Sequence record: OR769032.1
DNA length: 64,000 nucleotides
Reading direction: 5' to 3' (one strand)
From: Escherichia phage JoYop
Within the stretch, counting starts at the first letter, position 1, and every line of letters begins with the position of its first letter. Below the pieces are notes generated by a model that made no database searches, was not told the DNA's origin, and was given only the letters and a program-made list of their open reading frames with translations. A program made the translations under genes and the position numbers. Below are positions 34,087-45,490 of the stretch, one piece after another.

Positions 34087-34280
34087 ACTAATTCCTTTAA
34101 TCCGTAAATAGGAGATAATTCATCGCCCATACGGAGGTCTTCATTTCCATCTACCCAGGAAACAATATAAGCCTCTTTTATTTGAATACCACTCCATTTA
34201 AATGGAGGTAGAACCTTAGAAATTAATCCAGGTATACCAACCCCCTTTAATTCAACAGTTTGACCCAAAAAGAATTTCAT
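34083..34280 (-). CDS. 30.5: Hypothetical early protein (65 aa)
   Basis: Positional. Confidence 0.5.
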   Translation of the reverse strand: MKFFLGQTVELKGVGIPGLISKVLPPFKWSGIQIKEAYIVSWVDGNEDLRMGDELSPIYGLKELV

Positions 34281-34567
34281 TAGAACCTCATCTGAAAACC
34301 ATGCGATTTAACATTACCTCCGCCAATATCAGAAATGTTAATTTCACGCGCAATTGAAGGGTCAATGTCAATTTCACGATTGAGTTTAGTGATAGCTAAA
34401 GTATCGCGGCCATTTACAGTACGGAACTCTAAAGGGCAGACTACATTAACGTAGTTTTTAATCGATTCGCTGGTAGGCTGCAAATGAGCAGGAAGGTCTT
34501 TAGGCGCCTTTGAGAAAACTACTTCACAGAAATTTTTGCGGGTGTCAAAATAAGTAGTCATAAACAT
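34280..34567 (-). CDS. 30.6: Hypothetical early protein (95 aa)
   Basis: Positional. Confidence 0.5.
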   Translation of the reverse strand: MFMTTYFDTRKNFCEVVFSKAPKDLPAHLQPTSESIKNYVNVVCPLEFRTVNGRDTLAITKLNREIDIDPSIAREINISDIGGGNVKSHGFQMRF

Positions 34568-34608
34568 AGTATTTTCCTCAGTAAGGGGCCGAAGCCCCTC
34601 ATTTTATT

Positions 34609-34974
34609 TTAAATATCAAATTCGTTAAGAACTACATCAAAGATTGCTTCAAGATGCTCAGGTTTAGCTCTGTTACTCAGAATATGACGAATCCAAGTTT
34701 TAACCAGAAGCTTGCGATTAACGCCATTCCAGCAAGGATGAGTCCCTAAATCGCGTTGACGAAAATCATCATCCAAAGCGATTTTGAAGTTAGAGCCTTC
34801 CATTGTGATTGAAACTGTGATGCCATTTTCAAATCGCATATAAACGTAGTTAGGAGTCATATACTGTTCAATTTCGCATACTGATCCATTTTGATGTTTC
34901 CAAAGGCAAATAGTATCAATAGAACCTGCAATACCATTAGAAACATATTTACGTTCGAAGTTGATGTAGTTCAT
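34609..34974 (-). CDS. 30.7: Hypothetical early protein (121 aa from ATG)
   Basis: ORF track start 34986 is TTG; ATG at 34974. Confidence 0.5.
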   Translation of the reverse strand: MNYINFERKYVSNGIAGSIDTICLWKHQNGSVCEIEQYMTPNYVYMRFENGITVSITMEGSNFKIALDDDFRQRDLGTHPCWNGVNRKLLVKTWIRHILSNRAKPEHLEAIFDVVLNEFDI

Positions 34975-35041
34975 TTTATTCTCCAAGATGTTTAATTGCG
35001 GTACAGGTATATAATATCATATCCTGTACCAAAGTAAACAA

Positions 35042-35374
35042 TTATTTTACTACTTTCCAATGCTGCATGTCAAGTTTACCAACTTTTTTCATCTTCGCAA
35101 TTAAGCGTTCGGCACGTTGGCGAGCTGTAACATAATACCATTCACCTAATTCATTTTGTTCAATTTTTCCAACGATTACTGTATTCAATTCATAAATCCA
35201 ACCAGTAAAGAAATTATGAACTTGAATTGTAAAGGTGAAATCTGTTCCCATACCTTCTGTTGTTTCTACTTCAATAATATCACCTTCAACTGCCATTAAG
35301 AACCACATAGTTTCATCATATTTACCATTGAAACATTTAGTTTTAACTGCAGCGTTCAGATTAATCGTTTTCAT
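35042..35374 (-). CDS. 30.8: Hypothetical early protein (110 aa)
   Basis: Positional; own early promoter upstream. Confidence 0.5.
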   Translation of the reverse strand: MKTINLNAAVKTKCFNGKYDETMWFLMAVEGDIIEVETTEGMGTDFTFTIQVHNFFTGWIYELNTVIVGKIEQNELGEWYYVTARQRAERLIAKMKKVGKLDMQHWKVVK

Positions 35375-35401
35375 TTTATTCTCCTTTGTTTGTGTAAGAT
35401 A

Positions 35402-35430
35402 ATACTATCACAAAGGAACCATACTGTAAA
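35402..35430 (-). promoter_or_regulatory. Early promoter: -35 GTTTACA, 17 bp, -10 TAGTAT
   Basis: rc of 35425-35430 is TTTACA; rc of 35402-35407 is TAGTAT; 28 bp upstream of ORF 30.8. Confidence 0.5.
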
Positions 35431-35450
35431 CAACTTTGTGCATTCTTTGG

Positions 35451-35479
35451 AAAATAAAAAAGGACTCCCGAAGGAGTCC
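35451..35479 (-). terminator. Intrinsic terminator: hairpin ggactcccgaaggagtcc followed by U-run
   Basis: 7-bp stem 35462-35479; plus-strand A-run 35451-35461 gives U-run after the stem on the minus transcript; just downstream of 30.9. Confidence 0.65.
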
Positions 35480-35484
35480 TCAAC

Positions 35485-35661
35485 TTATGCTTTCTGCTTA
35501 CCAAAACGAGAAGCATCATCTCGAAGAACCGCACGTGCTCGGCGCATGATCTTCTCAACAGTTTGATTGATACGAGAGTTCGACCCACGCTTGTAGCCAG
35601 CGCGTTTAGAATCACCAACTTTCTTTTCAACTGCTTTCTTTGCTTTAGCTTGTTTTGCCAT
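35485..35661 (-). CDS. 30.9: Small basic protein (58 aa from ATG)
   Basis: ORF track start extends upstream; ATG at 35661 gives MAKQAKAKKAVEKK...; positional. Confidence 0.45.
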   Translation of the reverse strand: MAKQAKAKKAVEKKVGDSKRAGYKRGSNSRINQTVEKIMRRARAVLRDDASRFGKQKA

Positions 35662-35781
35662 TATAAATTCTCTTTTAAATGAAAATGCAGGACTTATTGG
35701 CATTGCCTGCGAAAGCCCTCAAAGGGGTACTTAGGTTTTGAATATTTACCGACAGGATAACCATAAACCTCGTCAACATAA

Positions 35782-36030
35782 TTACTTCAATGTTACCACA
35801 AAGTGACGAACTGCTTTTCGTGCAGCAGAAGCCAGAGGCTTAGCATACTTAAGTTCATCTTTTTCCTGAAGCTCAGCAGCTAATGTAGTTTGAGCAGGGT
35901 TCAGATGTTTGAAATAACGCAGGATTTCAAGAGCTTCGGCTTCAACATCAATAGATGCGCCATAGTTTTCGTGACCATTATTCCATGCGTTTCGTTGCAG
36001 TTCAAGAGCGTGTTGTAATTGTTTAATCAT
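35782..36030 (-). CDS. rIII: rIII lysis-inhibition accessory protein (82 aa)
   Basis: 82 aa equals T4 rIII; position upstream of the 30.x cluster and downstream of 31. Confidence 0.85.
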   Translation of the reverse strand: MIKQLQHALELQRNAWNNGHENYGASIDVEAEALEILRYFKHLNPAQTTLAAELQEKDELKYAKPLASAARKAVRHFVVTLK

Positions 36031-36169
36031 TTAAAAATTCTCGTTAGAGATTAAAACTCGGTAGTCACGTTCTTCTGAATTTCATCTTCTTTCGACAGAT
36101 CTCTCAGTTGTAGACTACCACATAGAATTGTTCGGTTAACTTATTATTCCGACACCCAATTCATATTAT

Positions 36170-36177
36170 TATTTATA
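36170..36177 (-). promoter_or_regulatory. Candidate late promoter TATAAATA (minus strand) upstream of rIII
   Basis: Plus-strand tatttata adjacent to the gene 31 stop, 140 bp upstream of rIII ATG. Confidence 0.35.
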
Positions 36178-36513
36178 TCACTTATAAAGACACGGAATAG
36201 CTTTATAGTGACAGGTAACGAATTTTTGTTTAATTTCTTTTGGCTGCTTAAGACCCAGAGCTACAAAAGGATGCGGAACATTTCGAATTTGACCAACTGG
36301 AAGAGAAGTCAAATCACCAACTTCACAAAAACCTTCAGGAACATCAGGACCGACGGAGTGAATTACACATAGTTCAGGAACTTCACCTTGAACACGTTTA
36401 CCGATAATAAGTCCTGATTCTGTAACTTCTTCATCACCGGCTTGCGCAGGTTCAGAAACTAAAATAACATATTCACCGACAGCACGAATTGGTAGCTGTT
36501 GTACTTCAGACAT
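36178..36513 (-). CDS. 31: Co-chaperonin gp31 (GroES analogue, 111 aa)
   Basis: 111 aa equals T4 gp31; N-terminus [19 protein letters not shown]. Confidence 0.9.
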   Translation of the reverse strand: MSEVQQLPIRAVGEYVILVSEPAQAGDEEVTESGLIIGKRVQGEVPELCVIHSVGPDVPEGFCEVGDLTSLPVGQIRNVPHPFVALGLKQPKEIKQKFVTCHYKAIPCLYK

Positions 36514-36569
36514 CTTATTTCCTTGTTGTTTGACGATAGATTAATAATACCATACTATTCGTAAAGCAT

Positions 36570-36878
36570 TTATTTACCAATAAATTGAAGCAAATGCTCA
36601 ACTTTCATGCCATTAACGGAAATCAATTTGTCAATAGAAAAACCTCGCCATGCACCAAGCTCAACATCAAATACTGGAACCATATCAGTAGATTCTTTCC
36701 GAGTAGATTCAGTCAATTTACCGGTTTGCATGGTTGGCATAAAGTCTGCATCACGAGTACCTTTCATAGTACGAATAGTACCATCAGACTTTTCAAAAAC
36801 TACGTTTGAAATACCCATGGACAATTTAGTTTTCAAAATTTCACGAATTGCTACTTTTTGTTCAGTCGTCAGTTTCAT
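36570..36878 (-). CDS. 31.1: Hypothetical early protein (102 aa)
   Basis: Positional. Confidence 0.55.
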   Translation of the reverse strand: MKLTTEQKVAIREILKTKLSMGISNVVFEKSDGTIRTMKGTRDADFMPTMQTGKLTESTRKESTDMVPVFDVELGAWRGFSIDKLISVNGMKVEHLLQFIGK

Positions 36879-37115
36879 TTATTTACCTATTACAGTTTTA
36901 ATATGGGTTGTTCCACGTTCTTTAAGAGTGGAAAGCAATTTTTGGCATTTTTCTAAATCAGATTTCCAACTATATGGTCTATCAATACAAACCCATTCTG
37001 ACTTATAATACTGCTTCCATTTAGAGAAAAAATATTTCTTATACTCTACAGCAAATGAAATATTCTCATTAGAATAAGAACTAATTGCTGTGAGTTGTAC
37101 CAAACGAAATTTCAT
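36879..37115 (-). CDS. 31.2: Hypothetical early protein (78 aa)
   Basis: Positional. Confidence 0.5.
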   Translation of the reverse strand: MKFRLVQLTAISSYSNENISFAVEYKKYFFSKWKQYYKSEWVCIDRPYSWKSDLEKCQKLLSTLKERGTTHIKTVIGK

Positions 37116-37696
37116 TATTCACCACAGAATTCGTTGATATTTTCCCAATTTAACTTATTCAAGTTTTTCTTAGGAACATTGAACACTTCAATACCTGCAT
37201 TTCGCAGAATATCATCCCAGCCAGGTTTATTTTTATCGTATGTTTCGCAATAAACCAGCTTTTTAATTCCAGATTGAGCGATCGCTTTTGCACAATCTGG
37301 GCAAGGAGAAAGTGTTACATACATAGTAGCACCTTCAATTGAAGAACCATTTCGTGCAGCAAACAAAATTGCATTTAGTTCAGCATGAATTTCATTTTTA
37401 GACGACCATTCAGAATGAGCGCTGCGGTGTTCTTTCGCCAAAACAAAACGATCAGTTGAACCAAACGATACGCATTCAGGCTTATGACCTTGAATGATAG
37501 TATGTTTAGGTTTATTCAATAACCAACCTTGCTCGGCAGCATAATCACAACAGTTCACACCCCCGGCAGGTGAACCATTATACCCAGTAGAAATAATACG
37601 TCCATTCTTTTCAATTACTGCTCCTACCTTCCAGGAGCAACATTTTGATTCTTGTGATACTAAATATGCAATTTGAAGTACTGTACTCGCTTTCAT
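37115..37696 (-). CDS. cd: dCMP deaminase (193 aa)
   Basis: Zinc-deaminase motifs HAELNAI and SPCPDCAK; 193 aa equals T4 Cd. Confidence 0.9.
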   Translation of the reverse strand: MKASTVLQIAYLVSQESKCCSWKVGAVIEKNGRIISTGYNGSPAGGVNCCDYAAEQGWLLNKPKHTIIQGHKPECVSFGSTDRFVLAKEHRSAHSEWSSKNEIHAELNAILFAARNGSSIEGATMYVTLSPCPDCAKAIAQSGIKKLVYCETYDKNKPGWDDILRNAGIEVFNVPKKNLNKLNWENINEFCGE

Positions 37697-38031
37697 TTCA
37701 TAATCACCAGATAAGCAGATTTAGCAGTTTCAACACGATAAATTTCGTGACGAAGTTTAGTTATACTTTTAATAACAGAACTAATTATATTCTGCCCATC
37801 TTTAAAGCGGTTTTTCTTATCGATAAAAATTGCGCCAATCATCTTTTTGTGAAGCTCAACTGGATACTTCGTCACAATAATAGCATCATACACAGAAGGA
37901 TGAATACTATTCACTAGAGTATCATTCATTAAAGTTATTCTAATGAACTGTGCTGTTTCAGAATCAAGCGCTCTATGATCGCCAGTATCATTTTCAAGAC
38001 AATTATCAATTATATCAGTTAAATTCATCAT
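37693..38031 (-). CDS. cd.1: Hypothetical early protein (112 aa)
   Basis: Positional; five ORFs between cd and pseT match the T4 count. Confidence 0.5.
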   Translation of the reverse strand: MMNLTDIIDNCLENDTGDHRALDSETAQFIRITLMNDTLVNSIHPSVYDAIIVTKYPVELHKKMIGAIFIDKKNRFKDGQNIISSVIKSITKLRHEIYRVETAKSAYLVIMK

Positions 38032-38267
38032 AGTACGCCATACACCCTTTGTGCTTCAACTAATCCATCAAAATCCAGTTTAAGATGCGATATTTGATCG
38101 CCATCACCTGGATTCACAATTACTAATACTGAACGAGGAGTTTCGGTAATAACACGAACCGATGTTTCAGGAAATCGTTCAGAAACCTTATTTACTAATT
38201 CTTGCGCAAATAGTTTAACTTTTTCTTGGAATTCTTTAACAGTAATTGGTTTTTCACTTAGCAGCAT
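38028..38267 (-). CDS. cd.2: Hypothetical early protein (79 aa)
   Basis: Positional. Confidence 0.5.
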   Translation of the reverse strand: MLLSEKPITVKEFQEKVKLFAQELVNKVSERFPETSVRVITETPRSVLVIVNPGDGDQISHLKLDFDGLVEAQRVYGVL

Positions 38268-38788
38268 GTTGATCCAAGCTCCTTACTTTCAACATTTTTA
38301 ACTAATTTGACAGAAACTAATTCAGCATCTTGAGTAATCATTACCGGGCCTTCTTCATATTTTTCAAGATATTCTAGAGCTTTCTTTTTAGCTTCTTCCT
38401 TCGTATCAGTTTGAGCATAGATATAAAACATGCAACCAGTAATACCTACTACTTTCCACTTAATTTCTTTATCAGCTTTAATTTCAAATTTACTGATAGA
38501 ATCATCTTTTTGAACTTCTTCGAAAAAAGAATATTCTAACATATGAGTAATTGAAAATAACGGGCTAACTTTATAGGATTCGCCCATTACGTCAACAGCT
38601 TTATACCAGCAATCGTCAATTTCGCGTTTAATGCTAATAACATTCTTCGCAGGGTCAATTTTTACTTTAAATGAATTTTCCCCAATAAACTGGGCAATTC
38701 GTTTATTAGCCCCGCAAGTTTCATTAAAAATATCTTTATATCCAGCTTTAAAGCGATAAACCTTATCTTCTTCAAACCATTCGCTCAT
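38258..38788 (-). CDS. cd.3: Hypothetical early protein (176 aa)
   Basis: Positional. Confidence 0.5.
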   Translation of the reverse strand: MSEWFEEDKVYRFKAGYKDIFNETCGANKRIAQFIGENSFKVKIDPAKNVISIKREIDDCWYKAVDVMGESYKVSPLFSITHMLEYSFFEEVQKDDSISKFEIKADKEIKWKVVGITGCMFYIYAQTDTKEEAKKKALEYLEKYEEGPVMITQDAELVSVKLVKNVESKELGSTCC

Positions 38789-38849
38789 TTCAATTTCCTC
38801 ATTTGTTTGGTAGAACTATAATATCACAACTCTACCATAAAGTAAACTA

Positions 38850-39125
38850 TTAAATCGCTTTGAATTCCGCAGTTTGAGATTCAAAGTAAATGTCGCCTTT
38901 GATAACTAGCTCAGCATCAAGACCGAATACGACAATGATATGCGCGGAACCTGGATACAGCGTAATAGCAACAGAATCCACCTGGTCTGGAAGTAAAGTG
39001 TTCAATACATGAGTCACTTGAGCATGGATTCGAAGCTCAGCTGCATTATCAAGCTTTTCAAACATATTATTAGCGATAATTTGACTAAACACTACTTCTA
39101 CGATTTTAGAATAAGTCGGAAACAT
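38850..39125 (-). CDS. cd.4: Hypothetical early protein (91 aa)
   Basis: Positional. Confidence 0.5.
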   Translation of the reverse strand: MFPTYSKIVEVVFSQIIANNMFEKLDNAAELRIHAQVTHVLNTLLPDQVDSVAITLYPGSAHIIVVFGLDAELVIKGDIYFESQTAEFKAI

Positions 39126-39127
39126 AT

Positions 39128-39327
39128 TTACCTCACATAATTTTCTTCAAGCCAATCGATAACATCCAAAGCATTATCAAATATTGCGCCATCGACTTTA
39201 TCTTCTGTTTCATAATCAAGAACATCTAGACCTACTCTTCCGTTAACAATAGGCCATAGACAGAATAGGTATTTCTTTTCTTTTTCAATTTTATCACAAA
39301 GACGATAAATCTTTTCTATGTTATTCA

Positions 39328-39328
<1 letters not shown>
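39128..39328 (-). CDS. cd.5: Hypothetical early protein (about 66 aa from ATG overlapping pseT stop)
   Basis: TAATG overlap with pseT stop suggests coupling; ORF track gives a longer 76-aa version starting 39358. Confidence 0.45.
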
Positions 39329-40531
<1,203 letters not shown>

Positions 40532-40535
<4 letters not shown>

Positions 40536-40762
40536 CTATTTTTCTCAACCAATGATTGAATATAATCATGCAGGTCTTTAGATGCTTTACCCCACTTATT
40601 TTGATATTCATTTTTAAGATTAGCACGTGATTGAGCTAATAAAACATCATTAGTTGGAGGTAAAGATTCTAATCGTTGAATCTGGCGACCATAAATCATT
40701 GCAGCCATCTCGGATTCATAAATCAATCCTTTAAGATGTTCAAATTGATGCCAAGAAATCAT
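40532..40762 (-). CDS. Hypothetical protein (76 aa)
   Basis: ORF with ATG start. Confidence 0.45.
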
Positions 40763-41058
40763 TTACATTTATCCTCTTTTAACTCTTGACGATAATAACA
40801 TATCATAGTTTTCTGGTCATGTACATATCGTTTTACATCATTAAGCCAAATACGAAATTCCTGGGAATCTTCAAATGGCATACCGACCCAAGCTTTACCA
40901 TCGATAACTTTAACTTGCCAAGATAGTTTAGCTTCATCATATGACTTTATCTGCACAGGCCAATTAGGATGAACTGTTTCTTTCTTTACTTCTAGAGGCT
41001 TTGTCGAACAACCAACTAGAAGACCAATAGATAATATTACTGCTGATAGTTTAATCAT
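40759..41058 (-). CDS. Outer-membrane spanin lipoprotein (o-spanin, 99 aa)
   Basis: Signal peptide with lipobox LLVGC|S; immediately downstream of the i-spanin-like gene; corresponds to T4 pseT.2 if my recollection of the T4 spanin pair is right. Confidence 0.6.
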   Translation of the reverse strand: MIKLSAVILSIGLLVGCSTKPLEVKKETVHPNWPVQIKSYDEAKLSWQVKVIDGKAWVGMPFEDSQEFRIWLNDVKRYVHDQKTMICYYRQELKEDKCK

Positions 41059-41408
41059 TTAGAAAGGTCCTGGATGTCTTCTGCAAACTTGTTGAAGGAG
41101 TTGTTGATTTGTTTTTCAACCAATCCTGGTTTATGAGCCACCACATCCGCCTTCTTTGCGTCTTTGCGCAGTTTTTCATTTTCACGCTCAATAGCAGCAA
41201 TTGCCTCACGATTTTTATTATTCATCGCATCAATATAATTATATTGAATTTTTAAATCATTTAATGCTAAAGCGTTTTCATTGGCCGTTTTTGTAATTTC
41301 TACAACAGACGTTTCTAATCTTTCAATTTTACTTTTTAAAATTAAAGAAGTTCCGCCCAATGCAATTACAATTAATAACAAGCCTGTTGTTGTATTACTT
41401 AATTGCAT
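41055..41408 (-). CDS. Inner-membrane spanin (i-spanin, 117 aa)
   Basis: N-terminal TM helix GLLLIVIALGGTSLIL followed by coiled-coil-like periplasmic region; corresponds to T4 pseT.3 if recollection is right. Confidence 0.6.
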   Translation of the reverse strand: MQLSNTTTGLLLIVIALGGTSLILKSKIERLETSVVEITKTANENALALNDLKIQYNYIDAMNNKNREAIAAIERENEKLRKDAKKADVVAHKPGLVEKQINNSFNKFAEDIQDLSK

Positions 41409-41902
41409 AAAGTTTTAATAACCTCTATAATATCGTCTTGAGAAAGACCGTTAATTAAAATATGATGTTCAGCCGGAGATTTAGAAATTTTAAAGCATGC
41501 CTCAACATCTTCTGCCATATCCGATGCGCTACGATTTGGATTACTAATTCCAAGACGATGTTTTCCCGTCAAAGGATTAACGATGATATAGCATTTACAG
41601 CTATTGATATGAACATTAGGTTGAGTCTGATTAATGAACACATCACAATCATATTTCGCAAGCTGATTTTCTAAAAAGACTTTCATCTCCTCAACCGCAT
41701 CGGGAAGCATATCACGGGCTTGCTCAAGACGACGATTTCGATATTCTTTAATGGTCGTTTTCCGCTTGACTTGCTTAGCTAAATCTTTCTTAAGATCGGT
41801 GATATATCCAACTCGACGATTTCCTTTAAATACAGAAATCCCATCCGTGGTATCACCGTATGCTTCAACGACCATTTCAGTAGTAATAAGCTGTAAATCC
41901 AT
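41399..41902 (-). CDS. alc: Alc, inhibitor of host transcription (167 aa)
   Basis: N-terminus MDLQLITTEMVVEAYG; size matches T4 Alc. Confidence 0.8.
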   Translation of the reverse strand: MDLQLITTEMVVEAYGDTTDGISVFKGNRRVGYITDLKKDLAKQVKRKTTIKEYRNRRLEQARDMLPDAVEEMKVFLENQLAKYDCDVFINQTQPNVHINSCKCYIIVNPLTGKHRLGISNPNRSASDMAEDVEACFKISKSPAEHHILINGLSQDDIIEVIKTLCN

Positions 41903-41933
41903 CATAAAGTCCTCATGTTATGTCAGTAAGTCT

Positions 41934-41962
41934 ACTATAACACAACACGAGGGACTTGTAAA
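41934..41962 (-). promoter_or_regulatory. Early promoter: -35 GTTTACA, 17 bp, -10 TATAGT (for alc)
   Basis: rc of 41957-41962 is TTTACA; rc of 41934-41939 is TATAGT; second copy of the element at 26488-26516. Confidence 0.55.
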
Positions 41963-41966
41963 CAGC

Positions 41967-43554
<1,588 letters not shown>

Positions 43555-43581
43555 AATAAAATGGGCCTTGCGGCCCACTCC

Positions 43582-44760
43582 TTAAAAATATTTTTTAAAA
43601 CTCATCATAACTTTATCATCAACATCATTATCAATCTGTGCTACAAGGTAAGATGACAGTTCTACTTCTTGTGGTGCAGATTGAACATTATCAGAATTAA
43701 GATATTCACGAATCCAAGGATATGGATGTTTAACCGGAGCATCGGTAATTGGGCATGGAAGACCACACTGTTTCATACGAGATACAGTTAAGTAATCAAT
43801 AAAGCTCCACATGCTATTTGTATTTAATCCAGGAACGTCTCCATCTTTAAATAAATGAACTGCCCAGTCTTTTTCTTGGCGGTTAACTTCCATGAAAATA
43901 TCAACCGCTTCTTGTTCGCATTCTTTAGCAATTTTAACCCATTCATCACCGTCTGTTCCAAGTTGAAGTTGACGAATAATATATTGAGTGCCCTTAAGGT
44001 GTAGTTGTTCATCGCGAGCAATGAACTTCATAATCTTGGCATTACCTTCCATGATTTCCATATTCTTGTGAAAGTTAAAGGTGCATGCGAAAGATACGTA
44101 AAAACGAATAGCTTCTAAGGCATTAATAACGTGCAAACAGAGGTAAAGAGATTTCATTAGCTCACGCTTCCAATATGTCTCATGCTCAATAGCATCTTCA
44201 ATAACGTCTTCGTCTGCATTAATTTCTTTTTGGTATTCGATATCAGCTTTAGCGTTTTCCCAATAACGAGTTTTAACCAGAACATCATCATAATAGCGAC
44301 CGATAGATTCAGCACGTTTCATAATAGCTTCATCTAATACAATCTCATCAAACACCTTCGATGGATCAGTATAAAGATTTCGCATGATATGAGTATATGA
44401 ACGACTGTGAATAGTTTCACTAAAAGTCCATGTAGCAACCCATGTATCAAGGCTTGGGTCTGAAATTAATGACATAAGTACAGCAGATGGTGCACGACCC
44501 TGAATGCTATCTAGAAGTGATTGATACTTCAGGTTATTAGTAAAAATATTTTGCTGATACTGAGGAAGTTTATTAAATTGTGCAGCATCCATCATTAAGT
44601 TTACTTCTTCAGGCCGCCAGAAAAATGACAATTGCTTTTCGGTCAAATCTTCAAAAACTTTATGGCGTTGAATATCATAACGCGCAATACCAAGACCTGA
44701 ACCAAAAAACATCGGTTCTTTTAAAACATCAACTGGATTTGTATTAAAAACTGTGCTCAT
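43582..44760 (-). CDS. nrdB: Ribonucleotide reductase small subunit NrdB, uninterrupted (392 aa)
   Basis: Single continuous ORF with no intron; position between denA and nrdA. Confidence 0.9.
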   Translation of the reverse strand: MSTVFNTNPVDVLKEPMFFGSGLGIARYDIQRHKVFEDLTEKQLSFFWRPEEVNLMMDAAQFNKLPQYQQNIFTNNLKYQSLLDSIQGRAPSAVLMSLISDPSLDTWVATWTFSETIHSRSYTHIMRNLYTDPSKVFDEIVLDEAIMKRAESIGRYYDDVLVKTRYWENAKADIEYQKEINADEDVIEDAIEHETYWKRELMKSLYLCLHVINALEAIRFYVSFACTFNFHKNMEIMEGNAKIMKFIARDEQLHLKGTQYIIRQLQLGTDGDEWVKIAKECEQEAVDIFMEVNRQEKDWAVHLFKDGDVPGLNTNSMWSFIDYLTVSRMKQCGLPCPITDAPVKHPYPWIREYLNSDNVQSAPQEVELSSYLVAQIDNDVDDKVMMSFKKYF

Positions 44761-45490
44761 AAATTTTCCTCTTTAAAATTCTGCCGTGTTTCCAACCTGG
44801 CGGTATAATATCATCTTTACCTATAAGCGTGCATTCACTTCCATTATTAATCCATTTCTTACCGCGGATTCCTTTATAATCTCTTGGTTTTATTTTGTCA
44901 AACTTTGCATCAAGTTGATATGACCATCTAAATCCATAAGCATATTGAAATTTACCCTCGGCACAATATTTGATATTTGACCCGTTTCCATTAACTGACC
45001 GGGACGCTGCCGCAATAGAGTGAAAGGTTTCTATGAAATCTCCATCTAATGAGAATTTATGTATTTCTACAGATGGGCACGCATATCTATTCACGTTAGA
45101 TACATGCTGTTTAGTTTCGTTTTTATGATGCTTACCTAGCATCCCTTTAGGATGAGGATTATTTTTCCAATATTTCTTAAAGAACTCAGAATTAGCTTTA
45201 GCAAATAATTTTCTGTGTAAGCTGTACAATCTGTTATTAATTCTATTGCCAGCTTTATCTGTTGCCATTAACGTTAACGCAGAGGCAAGACCAAAATGGC
45301 CTTCATTTATCTTACATAGTAATAGATGAGCTATAAAATGTTCTCTGGCTGTTAATTCAACTAAATTTTCCTTATCATCAGAACCTCCCATACATTTAGG
45401 GATTATATGATGTGTCTCTTTATATTCTAGTAAAGATTCCCGAGCCTGAGCTCGGGAAATTAGGTCGTTATAGATTTTTTGATAATTCAT
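44744..45490 (-). CDS. mobE: HNH homing endonuclease, mobE-like (248 aa)
   Basis: HNH motif HHIIPKCMGGSDDKENLVELTAREHFIAH; sits between nrdA and nrdB where T4 carries mobE; start overlaps nrdA stop (TAATG), 3' end overlaps first 5 codons of nrdB. Confidence 0.7.
   Translation of the reverse strand: MNYQKIYNDLISRAQARESLLEYKETHHIIPKCMGGSDDKENLVELTAREHFIAHLLLCKINEGHFGLASALTLMATDKAGNRINNRLYSLHRKLFAKANSEFFKKYWKNNPHPKGMLGKHHKNETKQHVSNVNRYACPSVEIHKFSLDGDFIETFHSIAAASRSVNGNGSNIKYCAEGKFQYAYGFRWSYQLDAKFDKIKPRDYKGIRGKKWINNGSECTLIGKDDIIPPGWKHGRILKRKIYEHSF

Noticed and set aside
36513-36570. Possible MotA-dependent middle promoter (aaTGCTTTAc) upstream of gene 31
   Set aside because: Only a loose match to the MotA box with ambiguous -10 spacing; too weak to call as a feature.
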